IMG/VR virus record: IMGVR_UViG_3300048848_000270
Location: 1 to 44,018 of that record
Length of the DNA: 44,018 nucleotides
Source: a virus
Lineage: Duplodnaviria; Caudoviricetes
Strand: one strand, 5' to 3'
In this document: one piece after another, positions 35,938 to 44,015 of the stretch
Position numbering within the stretch: position 1 is the first letter of the stretch
Layout: each line of letters starts with the position of its first letter
Position numbers and translations under genes: made by a program
The notes under the pieces: model-generated
Database searches by the model: none
What the model saw: the letters and a program-made list of their open reading frames with translations, nothing else
What the model was told of the DNA's origin: nothing

Positions 35938-37844
35938 TGGCCCGTTACACACGCACAGTACGCGACCAGAACGGGCGGCCTGTTGTGCATGCGCTTATAA
36001 GCGTCATGACCCAGCAGGGCGCGACGGCATTGCTGGAAGACGACGCCGGGCTTCCGCTCGATAACCCGGTCTATACCGATGCTTATGGCGGGTACGTCTT
36101 CAACACCTCTGAGGGCATCTACGACATCGAAGTGTCGTATGGACAGCGAACACGTTGGATCGAACGCAACGTATTCATCGGGGTTGATCCGTCCGATTAT
36201 TTCCGGGGAGCTAAGGGCGATCCTGGCGCTGGCGGCAACGTCGCGGTGGGGCGCGCTCAGCTCCAAGCGGTGACAGCGACCGCTGGCGATAGCTGGTATC
36301 TGAGCGAGGCCGGCCGGGAGGGTAACTTCGAATGGGTCACTGGCAATTTCGCGGCGCGGGTGACCGCGGATCCGTTTCAAGGGCTGTACATCCCGTCTAC
36401 GGCGAACCCGACCGGATCTACCGGATGTTGGATTCGCCGCGGCCATAATGGCGTCGGACTGGCGACATGGTTCGGCGTCGTCGCGGATGGCACAACCGAC
36501 AACGGGCCACGGCTTCGCTCGGCGGGGGCGCAGATCGACCTCAAGAAGATTATCGCCCCGGCAGGCGTTATCGCCGTGTCTTCCAGCGTTTGCATCAACC
36601 GCCTTGAGGGCGCGGGGATGGACATCACGATCTTTCGCGCGCTGCCGAACTTCAACCGCAACACCTTCACCAACGGCGTCGTCGTCACGACCGAGCCGGC
36701 GTCCGACGTCGAGTGGAAGAATTTCACTGCCGATGCGAACAAGGTGGGGCTTGGCCTTGGCTTAGCCGACCGCATCTGTCCGACTATGCTCCGCACGGTG
36801 ACACGAGCCAATGTCGAGTTCGTCAAGGCACTGAACGGAACGGCATACGGGATGTTCGGGCGGTTTACCTCGCAGGCGCGGTACGAGAATTGCGAGGCGT
36901 ACAACTGCCAGTATGCATTCGAGCAGCTTGGCAGCAACGGTGTCTATCACGAGAATTGCAAAGCAGGTGATGGCGACGGATCGATCCCGGTATCCGGTTA
37001 TTTCCACTGCGCCGCGGCGAGCAACGACATCACGTGGAACAATTGCGTCGGGGAGGGAGCCTCTAACTTCGGCGTCGATATCACGATGGATACCGGGGCG
37101 TCGAACAACATTCGATTCCTCAACGGCCGCATCTCGACCACGAGCCTCGGCGCAGGCATTATCATTCAGGGCACTTACCCTGCGACGAATGTCGATTTGT
37201 CTGGATCTGAGTTCCGATCACAAAGTGGCCTCGCCGCATTATATATGGTTACGGAAGCGTCCGGCAGGGCGGATGCTGCGCGGTTCTTTGGTCGCGCTCG
37301 CGGCGTTGATCAGCAAAGCGGGGGCCTTTTCGAGTTCACCAACTGCCTTGCTGAGGGGCGGCTTCCGGAGGTTCCAGGCAACGCCTCAATTGGTGTATTC
37401 ACCACGGGATCGGGCAAGATCGTCTGGAATGGCGGATCGATTGCCGCGATCGGTGGCGCTGGTGACGAGTTCATTTCGTCGGGCAATGTCGTAATCAGCG
37501 ACCTGACCTCGCTGTCCCCGGCGCCTTCGTCGCGCGTCCCGGCGAACCCTCTGACCTTGGCAACGGGCTGGTCAACGGTCCCCGGCTATCGCCCGGCTGC
37601 GTGGCGGCAATCGTCTGACGGCTGCGTGTCCCTGGAAGGGTTCGTGTCTGGGTCTGGCACCGCGACGACACTCATAGCCACCTTGCCCGCCGGCGTCCGT
37701 CCTCCCGATAGCGTCGCATACACCGTCCGGAACGGCACGGGAGCGATTGGCTTCCTGATGATTAGTCCAACGGGTGCAGTAGAACTTGGCGAAGGGCTGA
37801 CAACGGGCACCGCGACGCTCGATGGCGTGAGCTTCTGGCCATGA
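35937..37844 (+). CDS. Beta-helix tailspike / polysaccharide depolymerase
   Basis: WFGVVADGTTDN start motif, Asn/Cys-ladder repeats, C-terminal ATLPAGVRP domain. Confidence 0.8.
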   Translation: MARYTRTVRDQNGRPVVHALISVMTQQGATALLEDDAGLPLDNPVYTDAYGGYVFNTSEGIYDIEVSYGQRTRWIERNVFIGVDPSDYFRGAKGDPGAGGNVAVGRAQLQAVTATAGDSWYLSEAGREGNFEWVTGNFAARVTADPFQGLYIPSTANPTGSTGCWIRRGHNGVGLATWFGVVADGTTDNGPRLRSAGAQIDLKKIIAPAGVIAVSSSVCINRLEGAGMDITIFRALPNFNRNTFTNGVVVTTEPASDVEWKNFTADANKVGLGLGLADRICPTMLRTVTRANVEFVKALNGTAYGMFGRFTSQARYENCEAYNCQYAFEQLGSNGVYHENCKAGDGDGSIPVSGYFHCAAASNDITWNNCVGEGASNFGVDITMDTGASNNIRFLNGRISTTSLGAGIIIQGTYPATNVDLSGSEFRSQSGLAALYMVTEASGRADAARFFGRARGVDQQSGGLFEFTNCLAEGRLPEVPGNASIGVFTTGSGKIVWNGGSIAAIGGAGDEFISSGNVVISDLTSLSPAPSSRVPANPLTLATGWSTVPGYRPAAWRQSSDGCVSLEGFVSGSGTATTLIATLPAGVRPPDSVAYTVRNGTGAIGFLMISPTGAVELGEGLTTGTATLDGVSFWP

Positions 37845-37857
37845 TCGCGCGGGGGCG

Positions 37858-38289
37858 GTGATGCAGTCTGGCGAACACATCCTTGGCATCGCCGGGATGA
37901 CGCCGGGGGGCGTGGGCATATGGGCGTTGGTTATCCTCGCGCTGATCGGAGGGTCGTATCGTTTGGGCGTCAAGTGGGTGGGCGGGATGCCCGATAGGAA
38001 GCGGGCCGAAAACGAGGCCATCCCAGCCGCCTCTACCGCGAACGAAGCGATAATGACGCGGATGGTGGCCGAGATGGAGCGCATGGGCAAGCGCATCGAG
38101 AAGCTGGAATTGCGCGTCGATGAACTGGAAGAAAGCGAGCGGGGGCTGATCGGGGAGCGCGACGCAGCCTTGGCTGAAAACGCCCGGCTGCGCGCGATCC
38201 ATCAAGGACAGGGTGAAGCAAGGGCGCACGCCGCGGCGATTGTCGCGGTTGATCGACTGGAAGCGCAGGGCAGGGGAGTAGCACGATGA
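37858..38289 (+). CDS. Single-TM coiled-coil protein at the start of the lysis cassette
   Basis: N-terminal TM plus heptad repeats. Confidence 0.65.
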   Translation: MMQSGEHILGIAGMTPGGVGIWALVILALIGGSYRLGVKWVGGMPDRKRAENEAIPAASTANEAIMTRMVAEMERMGKRIEKLELRVDELEESERGLIGERDAALAENARLRAIHQGQGEARAHAAAIVAVDRLEAQGRGVAR

Positions 38290-38870
38290 GACGCGAGATA
38301 TTCGACGCCATCAAGGCCGCGCGCGGAAAGGGCTACAGCCCTGCGGAAGTCGTACTGGTCGATACGCTACTGGACCAGCTTGGGGTGGCGGGCGAGAAGC
38401 CGGTTCAGACCAGCGAAATCCCAGACGACTATTGGCCCATGCTCTCCAAGATCGAAAGCGCGGATCGGCCCTACATCAAAGCGGCCACGTCGAGCGGGTC
38501 GGGGCTGTTCCAGTTCATCCGGTCGTCATGGATCGCAGAGGGCGGTCAATGGGGCGGTGACATGACCAAGGCGTTCGGCGGGCTTATGCCGTCCGTTGCC
38601 GAGCAGTTGATGCGCGCCAAGACGTTCACCGAGAAGAACGCGACCATCTTGCGTTCAAAGGGTATCCCGATCAACCGGGCATCGCTCTACGCCGCCCACT
38701 TCTTCGGCGCTGGCATGGCCGCTCGGGTGATAGGCTCAGACACGAACGCACGCGCTGATGCGATCGCTGGCGAGGCGGCAACCAAGGCGAACCCTTCGAT
38801 CCTTCAAGGAAAGACCGTGGGCCAGTTCCTGATGTGGTTGCAGAAGAAAACCGGGGAGTGGGCGCGATGA
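38286..38870 (+). CDS. Endolysin (lytic transglycosylase-like)
   Basis: IES...SSGSGLFQFIRSSW...LYAAHFFG. Confidence 0.85.
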   Translation: MRREIFDAIKAARGKGYSPAEVVLVDTLLDQLGVAGEKPVQTSEIPDDYWPMLSKIESADRPYIKAATSSGSGLFQFIRSSWIAEGGQWGGDMTKAFGGLMPSVAEQLMRAKTFTEKNATILRSKGIPINRASLYAAHFFGAGMAARVIGSDTNARADAIAGEAATKANPSILQGKTVGQFLMWLQKKTGEWAR

Positions 38871-39199
38871 ATACGACCGAGATGCAGTACCGCGCCTTCC
38901 TCGCGGTTGTCCTGGCAATGCTGATCGTCGCTCTAGCCCCCTTGGTAGTCAGCGGCATCCGCGGCGTCGCGCTGCCGGAAGGTCTGATCTCGATCGCCGA
39001 CAAGTCCACGGCCGCATTCGGTACGCTGCTCGGCACGATCGGCGCGCTCCTGTTCCGCCAGAACCAGATCGATCAGTCACGCGTCGATAACACGACGGCT
39101 GCATTTGACGCGATCAAAGCAGCGCAGAACTCGTCTCCCGCGGTCGATAGCGGAGCGATCCGCGAAGGCGATAACGTGACACTGGAGAAACAGTCGTGA
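38867..39199 (+). CDS. Putative holin
   Basis: Two hydrophobic segments; between endolysin and spanins. Confidence 0.6.
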   Translation: MNTTEMQYRAFLAVVLAMLIVALAPLVVSGIRGVALPEGLISIADKSTAAFGTLLGTIGALLFRQNQIDQSRVDNTTAAFDAIKAAQNSSPAVDSGAIREGDNVTLEKQS

Positions 39200-39552
39200 T
39201 CCCGCTGTTCCTCCTGAACCTCGCCGGCCGCTTGCGGCTCACCGGGGCTGCCCAGAAGATCGTGGGCGCGGTGATTGGCATCCTGGGGCTAATCGCGCTG
39301 GCGGGACTGCTGTGGTTCGCCGTAGACCGCCTCGTCGCCACTCACGATCGCCGTGTGATCACGCAGGACCGCGCCGTCTCGAATGCCGAAGTCCTGACCC
39401 GGCAGCGCGGCGTCGAGCGCCAGGCCGGCGCAGACAAAGACGCCCGCGACGATCAGTTCGCCACCAACCAAACCGAAGTGAAGGAGGCGACCGATGCGGC
39501 TGCCAGTAATAGCGCTAGTCCTCTCGACGTACTCTTTAGCCGGTTGCGCTAA
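39196..39552 (+). CDS. i-spanin (Rz-like)
   Basis: N-terminal TM and helical periplasmic part; overlaps the lipoprotein gene. Confidence 0.75.
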   Translation: MIPLFLLNLAGRLRLTGAAQKIVGAVIGILGLIALAGLLWFAVDRLVATHDRRVITQDRAVSNAEVLTRQRGVERQAGADKDARDDQFATNQTEVKEATDAAASNSASPLDVLFSRLR

Positions 39553-39814
39553 GCCTGACGCACCACGGATCGCCGTCGTGACGCCAGACCCCGCCAAGCT
39601 GGCGTCATGCCCCGCGACGTTCCCCGCAGCGCCCTCGATCGCACCGCTATCGTCGTTCACCCTGCCTGACGGTCGGGCTGTAGTCCTGCTGTCAACGGTG
39701 ATCGCGCGCGAGAAGGCTACCGTAGAGTACATTCTGCTTGGGCGGGCATCCTTCCACGCCTGTCGGTCGTCTGTGGCTTATGTGCAGGACTGGTCTAAGG
39801 CCTTGGGGAATTGA
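39494..39814 (+). CDS. o-spanin lipoprotein (Rz1-like)
   Basis: Signal peptide with LAGC lipobox; Pro-rich; overlapped architecture. Confidence 0.8.
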   Translation: MRLPVIALVLSTYSLAGCAKPDAPRIAVVTPDPAKLASCPATFPAAPSIAPLSSFTLPDGRAVVLLSTVIAREKATVEYILLGRASFHACRSSVAYVQDWSKALGN

Positions 39815-39998
39815 GTTCCTCAAGGCGCGCGAAAGCCATATCTCGTTGCGCCAGAATGCTATCAAATAAGGCCTGATCCACCACTAGCTCCATGTCGCTA
39901 GCAGTGTCGTCGCGGTAAAGAGCCTTCATCGTCACCGTAACAGTTGCCGCTTTCCTTTGATTCTCGAAATGACTTGCGAGAGCCTGAATGTTGCTCAT
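39795..39998 (-). CDS. Hypothetical protein
   Basis: RBS AAGGAG before MSNIQ. Confidence 0.65.
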   Translation of the reverse strand: MSNIQALASHFENQRKAATVTVTMKALYRDDTASDMELVVDQALFDSILAQRDMAFARLEELNSPRP

Positions 39999-40023
39999 TT
40001 CCGTCTCCTTGGGCAGGTCTGGT

Positions 40024-40338
40024 CTAAGCGGATGGTTGAGTAGCGCCGTCTGTGTTAATGAGACCAAAGAAGGCGCTTGTGTCTAGACCTTGCACTGCCA
40101 GCTTTTTGTAGTGATCTCGCTCAATGCGCGTAACTGCTAGTTCGGCGTCGTTGTCAAACGCACGCTTTAGGGCAAGCATGCAGGCGTGGAGCGCTATTTC
40201 GTAAACTTCGCGCTCTCTGATCTCATCAGGCCCGCGCAAAACGTTTTGTGCGTCATGCATCGCTTCGGCGACCGCGCTAATACAGGTCGCCCGGAAACGC
40301 TGGTCGTGCTGATACGCCTCTAACGCTGTCTTTTCCAT
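40024..40338 (-). CDS. Hypothetical protein
   Basis: RBS GGAG; helical; locally more AT-rich. Confidence 0.7.
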   Translation of the reverse strand: MEKTALEAYQHDQRFRATCISAVAEAMHDAQNVLRGPDEIREREVYEIALHACMLALKRAFDNDAELAVTRIERDHYKKLAVQGLDTSAFFGLINTDGATQPSA

Positions 40339-40349
40339 GATACTCTCCG

Positions 40350-40472
40350 TCAGAAGTCTAATTCGCGCCGTTCAATCTCAGCTAAAAGCGCCTCAGCCTC
40401 CGCGCTCTCTCCATCGGTACGCTGGAAGGCGGCAAGCAAGTCCTTGTCGGTGAGGGTGGCGGGGTCGGTCAT
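40350..40472 (-). CDS. Small acidic protein (40 aa)
   Basis: MTDPATLTDKDLLAAFQRTDGESAEAEALLAEIERRELDF. Confidence 0.6.
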   Translation of the reverse strand: MTDPATLTDKDLLAAFQRTDGESAEAEALLAEIERRELDF

Positions 40473-40479
40473 GACGGCA

Positions 40480-41637
40480 CTATGCAACCTCCACCTCCGC
40501 GCCGTCCATCCCTGCGATCGGTTTGGCGGCGAGGGCGCGGGAAGTTTCCGGCCATAGCCGATAGACCTGCTCGACTGCGCCAAGGATCGCGGCAACAGGT
40601 GTGACATCATCGTGGTCGCAATGTACCCTCGCGATCTTGTCGGTCGAGTTGTGATCCGAGAGGAAGCACCGGTAGCGCCGTTCCTCCGGGAGGCCCATCA
40701 TCTGCCCGATGCTCCAGGACCAGCCGGGCGGGATGGTCGCTATTGCCGCTTCAATACCCACCCCCTCCACGCCGGGATCTACGGGGGTATTCGTGTCGGG
40801 CTTGGGGGATGCGGCTAGAGCAGCCTCGTACATATCGCAGTAGAACGCGGCGTGATTGTTGGGATACTCGACGGCTTCCATAGCGTCGATGATTGCTTTC
40901 GTCGGCTCGATCGGCACCAGCTTCCACCCTCCCGGTATCGCGGTATTCGTATCGCTCGCGGTAGGTGACGCGGCTAGGGCGGCGACCTTCCCGCAATCGG
41001 CTCCGGACGCTTGGCAGCGCGGGCAATAGACGTCGCTGTCGTCGCCGAAGCTGTCTGCCCCGCAAAGCTCTGACGAGCCAACCCAGCCGCAGTGATCGCA
41101 GGACGCGAGGTAGTACGGTTCGGCCACATCGAATGACACGATGGGGCCGGTGTATGCCGCCATCTGTTTCAGGTCTTCAAGGCGGTGTTCTTCACGCGTC
41201 ATTTCCCCCGGCGCTGTGTCGCTCGCGACCTTGGGGGATGCGGGCAAACGAAACGGCAGGATCAGCCGCATAATACGGTCGAGCGCTGCGAATGCTGCTT
41301 CCTCGCCATCGGGCGGGATGGTGTTGCCCGCCTCGATACTGATTTCGTGCAGCACCTGCCTCAATCGTCTAACCTCGTCGCCCGGTGGCGGCGGGTTTGC
41401 GTCGTCGCACTCGTGACATTGCCACGGATGACGGATGCCGTGTTCGCACGCCTCCCCCGCCCCGATTGCGGTTGCCTCGCTCGCGGTAGGGGTGAGACGA
41501 CGGATTGCCTTAGCAATGCGTTTTGCCGCAGCCTCATAGCCTAAAATAAACTCGTCGGGGGTGTCAGTCGGCTCAGCATGATTATCCGCCACTCGCGCAG
41601 CCGCTTCGATCCCGGCATCAAACGTATCACTCGGCAT
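40480..41637 (-). CDS. Mosaic multi-module early protein (Ead/Ea22-style)
   Basis: RBS CAGGAG at MPSDT; two Cys/His modules and GWKLVPIEPT module joined by repeated ASPxASDT linkers. Confidence 0.75.
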   Translation of the reverse strand: MPSDTFDAGIEAAARVADNHAEPTDTPDEFILGYEAAAKRIAKAIRRLTPTASEATAIGAGEACEHGIRHPWQCHECDDANPPPPGDEVRRLRQVLHEISIEAGNTIPPDGEEAAFAALDRIMRLILPFRLPASPKVASDTAPGEMTREEHRLEDLKQMAAYTGPIVSFDVAEPYYLASCDHCGWVGSSELCGADSFGDDSDVYCPRCQASGADCGKVAALAASPTASDTNTAIPGGWKLVPIEPTKAIIDAMEAVEYPNNHAAFYCDMYEAALAASPKPDTNTPVDPGVEGVGIEAAIATIPPGWSWSIGQMMGLPEERRYRCFLSDHNSTDKIARVHCDHDDVTPVAAILGAVEQVYRLWPETSRALAAKPIAGMDGAEVEVA

Positions 41638-41878
41638 TTCGGCTCTCCTGTTGGGTGAGGGCGGCGGCAAGGTAACCGGCAGCGTCGTATCGGCTCGAAA
41701 CCGTTCCCTGAGCGATCCGATCGACGTGATGAATGCGTTGCACCAGATATTCATCATGGCCGTAAGCATCGACCATGCGCCAGTTCCAGCCCTCGTTGAC
41801 GGCGAGCAGTCGGTAAGCTGCGACCTCGGCACGCAAACGCTCCACCTCACCCGGCATATTGTTATCAGAGGAGGTCAA
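41627..41878 (-). CDS. Hypothetical protein
   Basis: EVERLRAEV...LAAALTQQE boundaries are typical of these modules. Confidence 0.6.
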   Translation of the reverse strand: MTSSDNNMPGEVERLRAEVAAYRLLAVNEGWNWRMVDAYGHDEYLVQRIHHVDRIAQGTVSSRYDAAGYLAAALTQQESRNAE

Positions 41879-41911
41879 TGGCTGGATCCTTCTGGATGGG
41901 GGTGGGGTGTA

Positions 41912-41988
41912 GGCGCATCCTTCGGACCGCGCTCGCAGGCTTCGCCCTGAGCCGCTTGAGGCGTCTCAGCCGTGCCGGTGCTGATCGC
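41912..41988 (-). repeat. Structured multi-hairpin element A
   Basis: GCGAT...CCGGCACGG CTGAGA CGCCTCAAGCG GCTCAG GGCGAAGCC TGCG AGCGCGG TCCGAAGGA TGCGCC. Confidence 0.75.
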
Positions 41989-41996
41989 TTGCGCGG

Positions 41997-42503
41997 TCAT
42001 TTCCCGTACATCGCCCAATTGGGTGCGACGGCGATGATTGCGCTAAAGTGTCCATCCACATGGCCCCAACTTTCGTTATACAAACGCCAGCCCCGACCGT
42101 TATCACCGTCGTGGTCGGGCTGCTTGCCGTAGTCTGCTTCCGCCAGCCATCTCGCGGCAAAGTCGGCCGCTCCAGCCGCGTCGAGCGTGAAGGGCAACGC
42201 AGTCTGGTCCCCGCCTTCAGGTTCGCTCGACTTGTAGCGATTGTCGTAGAAGACGAGGCGCAGGGGCTTCGGCTCGCGACCATATTTGAATGGGGGACGA
42301 AAGTGCTTCGGCGACCCTTCCGGCGTGTCTTCGCGCTCACCGTCGAAGGCCGGGCGAATTGCGTAATGAGTAGCGCCCGGCTTCTTGTATTCGGGGCGAG
42401 GATTTGGCGGCATGACCAGCCCACGGGCATTCCACACCAAGGCAATAGCTGACGACAGGCCAGCCAAACCCTCGTGCGTCATATCAAAGCGGAAATTATC
42501 CAC
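41997..42503 (-). CDS. Hypothetical protein enclosed by the two structured elements
   Basis: 168 aa; RBS AAGGA; QPDHDGDNGRGW motif. Confidence 0.8.
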   Translation of the reverse strand: MDNFRFDMTHEGLAGLSSAIALVWNARGLVMPPNPRPEYKKPGATHYAIRPAFDGEREDTPEGSPKHFRPPFKYGREPKPLRLVFYDNRYKSSEPEGGDQTALPFTLDAAGAADFAARWLAEADYGKQPDHDGDNGRGWRLYNESWGHVDGHFSAIIAVAPNWAMYGK

Positions 42504-42517
42504 GGTACATTCCTTTT

Positions 42518-42598
42518 GCGATAGTGATGCCAGCTAGGCCGAAGACCCGTAGGGGCTGAGCCGCGAAGCGGTGGCAGCACGGGCCGTAGGCATCGCCC
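42518..42598 (+). repeat. Structured multi-hairpin element B (inverted homologue of A)
   Basis: GCGAT...CCAGCTAGG CCGAAGA CCCGTAGGG GCTGAG CCGCGAAGCGG TGGC AGCACGG GCCGTAGGC ATCGCCC. Confidence 0.75.
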
Positions 42599-42608
42599 GG
42601 ATAGTGGG

Positions 42609-42881
42609 TCACTCCCCCACCAAGGGGAGAGGAGGCGTAAGGGCTGCATCGATCATGGCGCGATGCTTTTCGGCGACATACTTCGACCAGCCGCCCATGC
42701 CGCTCACGCTGACCTGCAACGCGAACGCCACGCCGCAATCCAACATCGCCTCGCTCGGCTCTCGCATCGCTCCAATCGCGGCACGCGCTTCGTTCATGTA
42801 GAACTTATATCCGAGTTCGGGCAGGCTCTCGGACGATGCGGCGGACGAGATCGCCCGCGCCACACGTTCAACGATATCCAT
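42609..42881 (-). CDS. Phage hypothetical protein
   Basis: VERVARAI...ARAAIGAMREPSEAM...RAMIDAAL is a common phage module. Confidence 0.8.
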   Translation of the reverse strand: MDIVERVARAISSAASSESLPELGYKFYMNEARAAIGAMREPSEAMLDCGVAFALQVSVSGMGGWSKYVAEKHRAMIDAALTPPLPLVGE

Positions 42882-42886
42882 TACTA

Positions 42887-43116
42887 CGCTCCTGGTCAGG
42901 GGTGGGGATCATGCGATCACGACGCTGTAACCGTGCTTTTCCCGCGCCGACTCCGGAATGACATCGACGTAGTTGACGGGGCCGTCGTATTCGCCGGCGT
43001 GCCAATCCTGATCGTGCGCCGCGAAACAGACTTTCGCATTGGGCGGCATTTTCTTGAGTGCTGTAATCAACCGGCGAACGGTCAACGCCATTTTACGCGC
43101 TCCTGGTCAGGGGTGG
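42887..43116. repeat. 19-bp perfect direct repeat (42887-42905 and 43098-43116)
   Basis: CGCTCCTGGTCAGGGGTGG occurs twice and carries the AGGAG RBS on the minus strand. Confidence 0.9.
42909..43091 (-). CDS. Small hypothetical protein
   Basis: LTVRRLITALKKMPPNAKV module; between the direct repeats. Confidence 0.75.
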   Translation of the reverse strand: MALTVRRLITALKKMPPNAKVCFAAHDQDWHAGEYDGPVNYVDVIPESAREKHGYSVVIA

Positions 43117-43128
43117 AAAGGTAGGGGG

Positions 43129-43464
43129 TCATGCTGCGGTAGCCTTGGCAATGGCTGCACGGGCCCGGCGCAGATGGCCGAACGTCAACGGCAAATCTTT
43201 GACCTGCCCATCCTCGTCTTGAAACGCTCCGACGCTCTCGTTGTCGGGGAATTCGTCCATATCCACGTCCGCAGTCTCGATCGCCATCAAGTCACGCAGC
43301 GCCGCCAACAGTTCCGGAGCAGCAGCAATCAGGCGAGCATTGGCTAGCGTGTCTGGCCCTTGCGCCTTCGCGACATAGATGCCCCCGTTGCCAGTGCTGC
43401 CGATCTTCGCGAACAAAGGGCTATCAGGCTGCACGTTCCACGGTCCCGGTGTATGTCCGCTCAT
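43129..43464 (-). CDS. Phage hypothetical protein
   Basis: HTPGPW...ANARLIAAAPELL...ARAAIAKA. Confidence 0.8.
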   Translation of the reverse strand: MSGHTPGPWNVQPDSPLFAKIGSTGNGGIYVAKAQGPDTLANARLIAAAPELLAALRDLMAIETADVDMDEFPDNESVGAFQDEDGQVKDLPLTFGHLRRARAAIAKATAA

Positions 43465-43949
43465 GCCACGCACTCCGCTACTTGGTTGAGGTAAGCGATC
43501 TCAGCAAGGATGTCGTCGTGACGCGTGAACCACTCGCCGTGGAGGCGATGGGCCGCAAAGCGCTTGTGGTATTCCCGCTCTAGCGATGGCGCAGCTTGGA
43601 CGGACGCCCACACCGTCAGCGGATAGGCATTCGCCAGTTCTAGATCGCGGAGGCGAAAGGACAAGCGGGTGGCGTATCCAATCTTGATGGGGCCGTTCTC
43701 TGGCCCGATGAAATAGATCGTTGCGAGCTTAGGAGGCGATCGGTCCTGACGCTCCCAAGGGGCCAGCCCGGTGTATCCGAAAGGCTTGGTGTACGTCGGG
43801 AAGCGCCACTTCCCATCAGCGTCAAGCTGCTCGGGGCCAGTGATGTAGACTTCGCCGCCCATTAATATGGACCTCGCTTCGTGCGACGAGAGCGGCCAGT
43901 CTTTCAGTGTTGTTAGGCGCGGGTATCCGCTATCATCCTGCTCAGCCAT
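43461..43949 (-). CDS. GIY-YIG-like (T5orf172/MUG113) domain protein
   Basis: IYFI...PIKIGYA...RL...LEREYHKRFAAHRLHGEWF; RBS GGAGG before MAEQDD. Confidence 0.85.
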   Translation of the reverse strand: MAEQDDSGYPRLTTLKDWPLSSHEARSILMGGEVYITGPEQLDADGKWRFPTYTKPFGYTGLAPWERQDRSPPKLATIYFIGPENGPIKIGYATRLSFRLRDLELANAYPLTVWASVQAAPSLEREYHKRFAAHRLHGEWFTRHDDILAEIAYLNQVAECVA

Positions 43950-43950
43950 G

Positions 43951-44015
43951 CGATCCTCCACGATCGTGTTGGTCAGGCCCTCGTTCGGATTGCCGTCCGA
44001 TCGGGGGCCGTTTTT
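43951..44015. promoter_or_regulatory. Two-hairpin leader; possible plus-strand intrinsic terminator
   Basis: Stem 43976-44009 followed by GTTTTT on the plus strand. On the minus strand a second stem CGATC-GTGGAG-GATCG contains the RBS. Confidence 0.55.

Noticed and set aside
37858-37866. GTG-ATG double start as a holin/antiholin dual-start motif
   Set aside because: There is no intervening basic residue, and holin identity is not established.
41875-42000. 41-aa ORF MTAQAISTGTAETPQAAQGEACERGPKDAP...
   Set aside because: It is the translation of structured element A. It may provide translational coupling, but nothing supports a functional protein.
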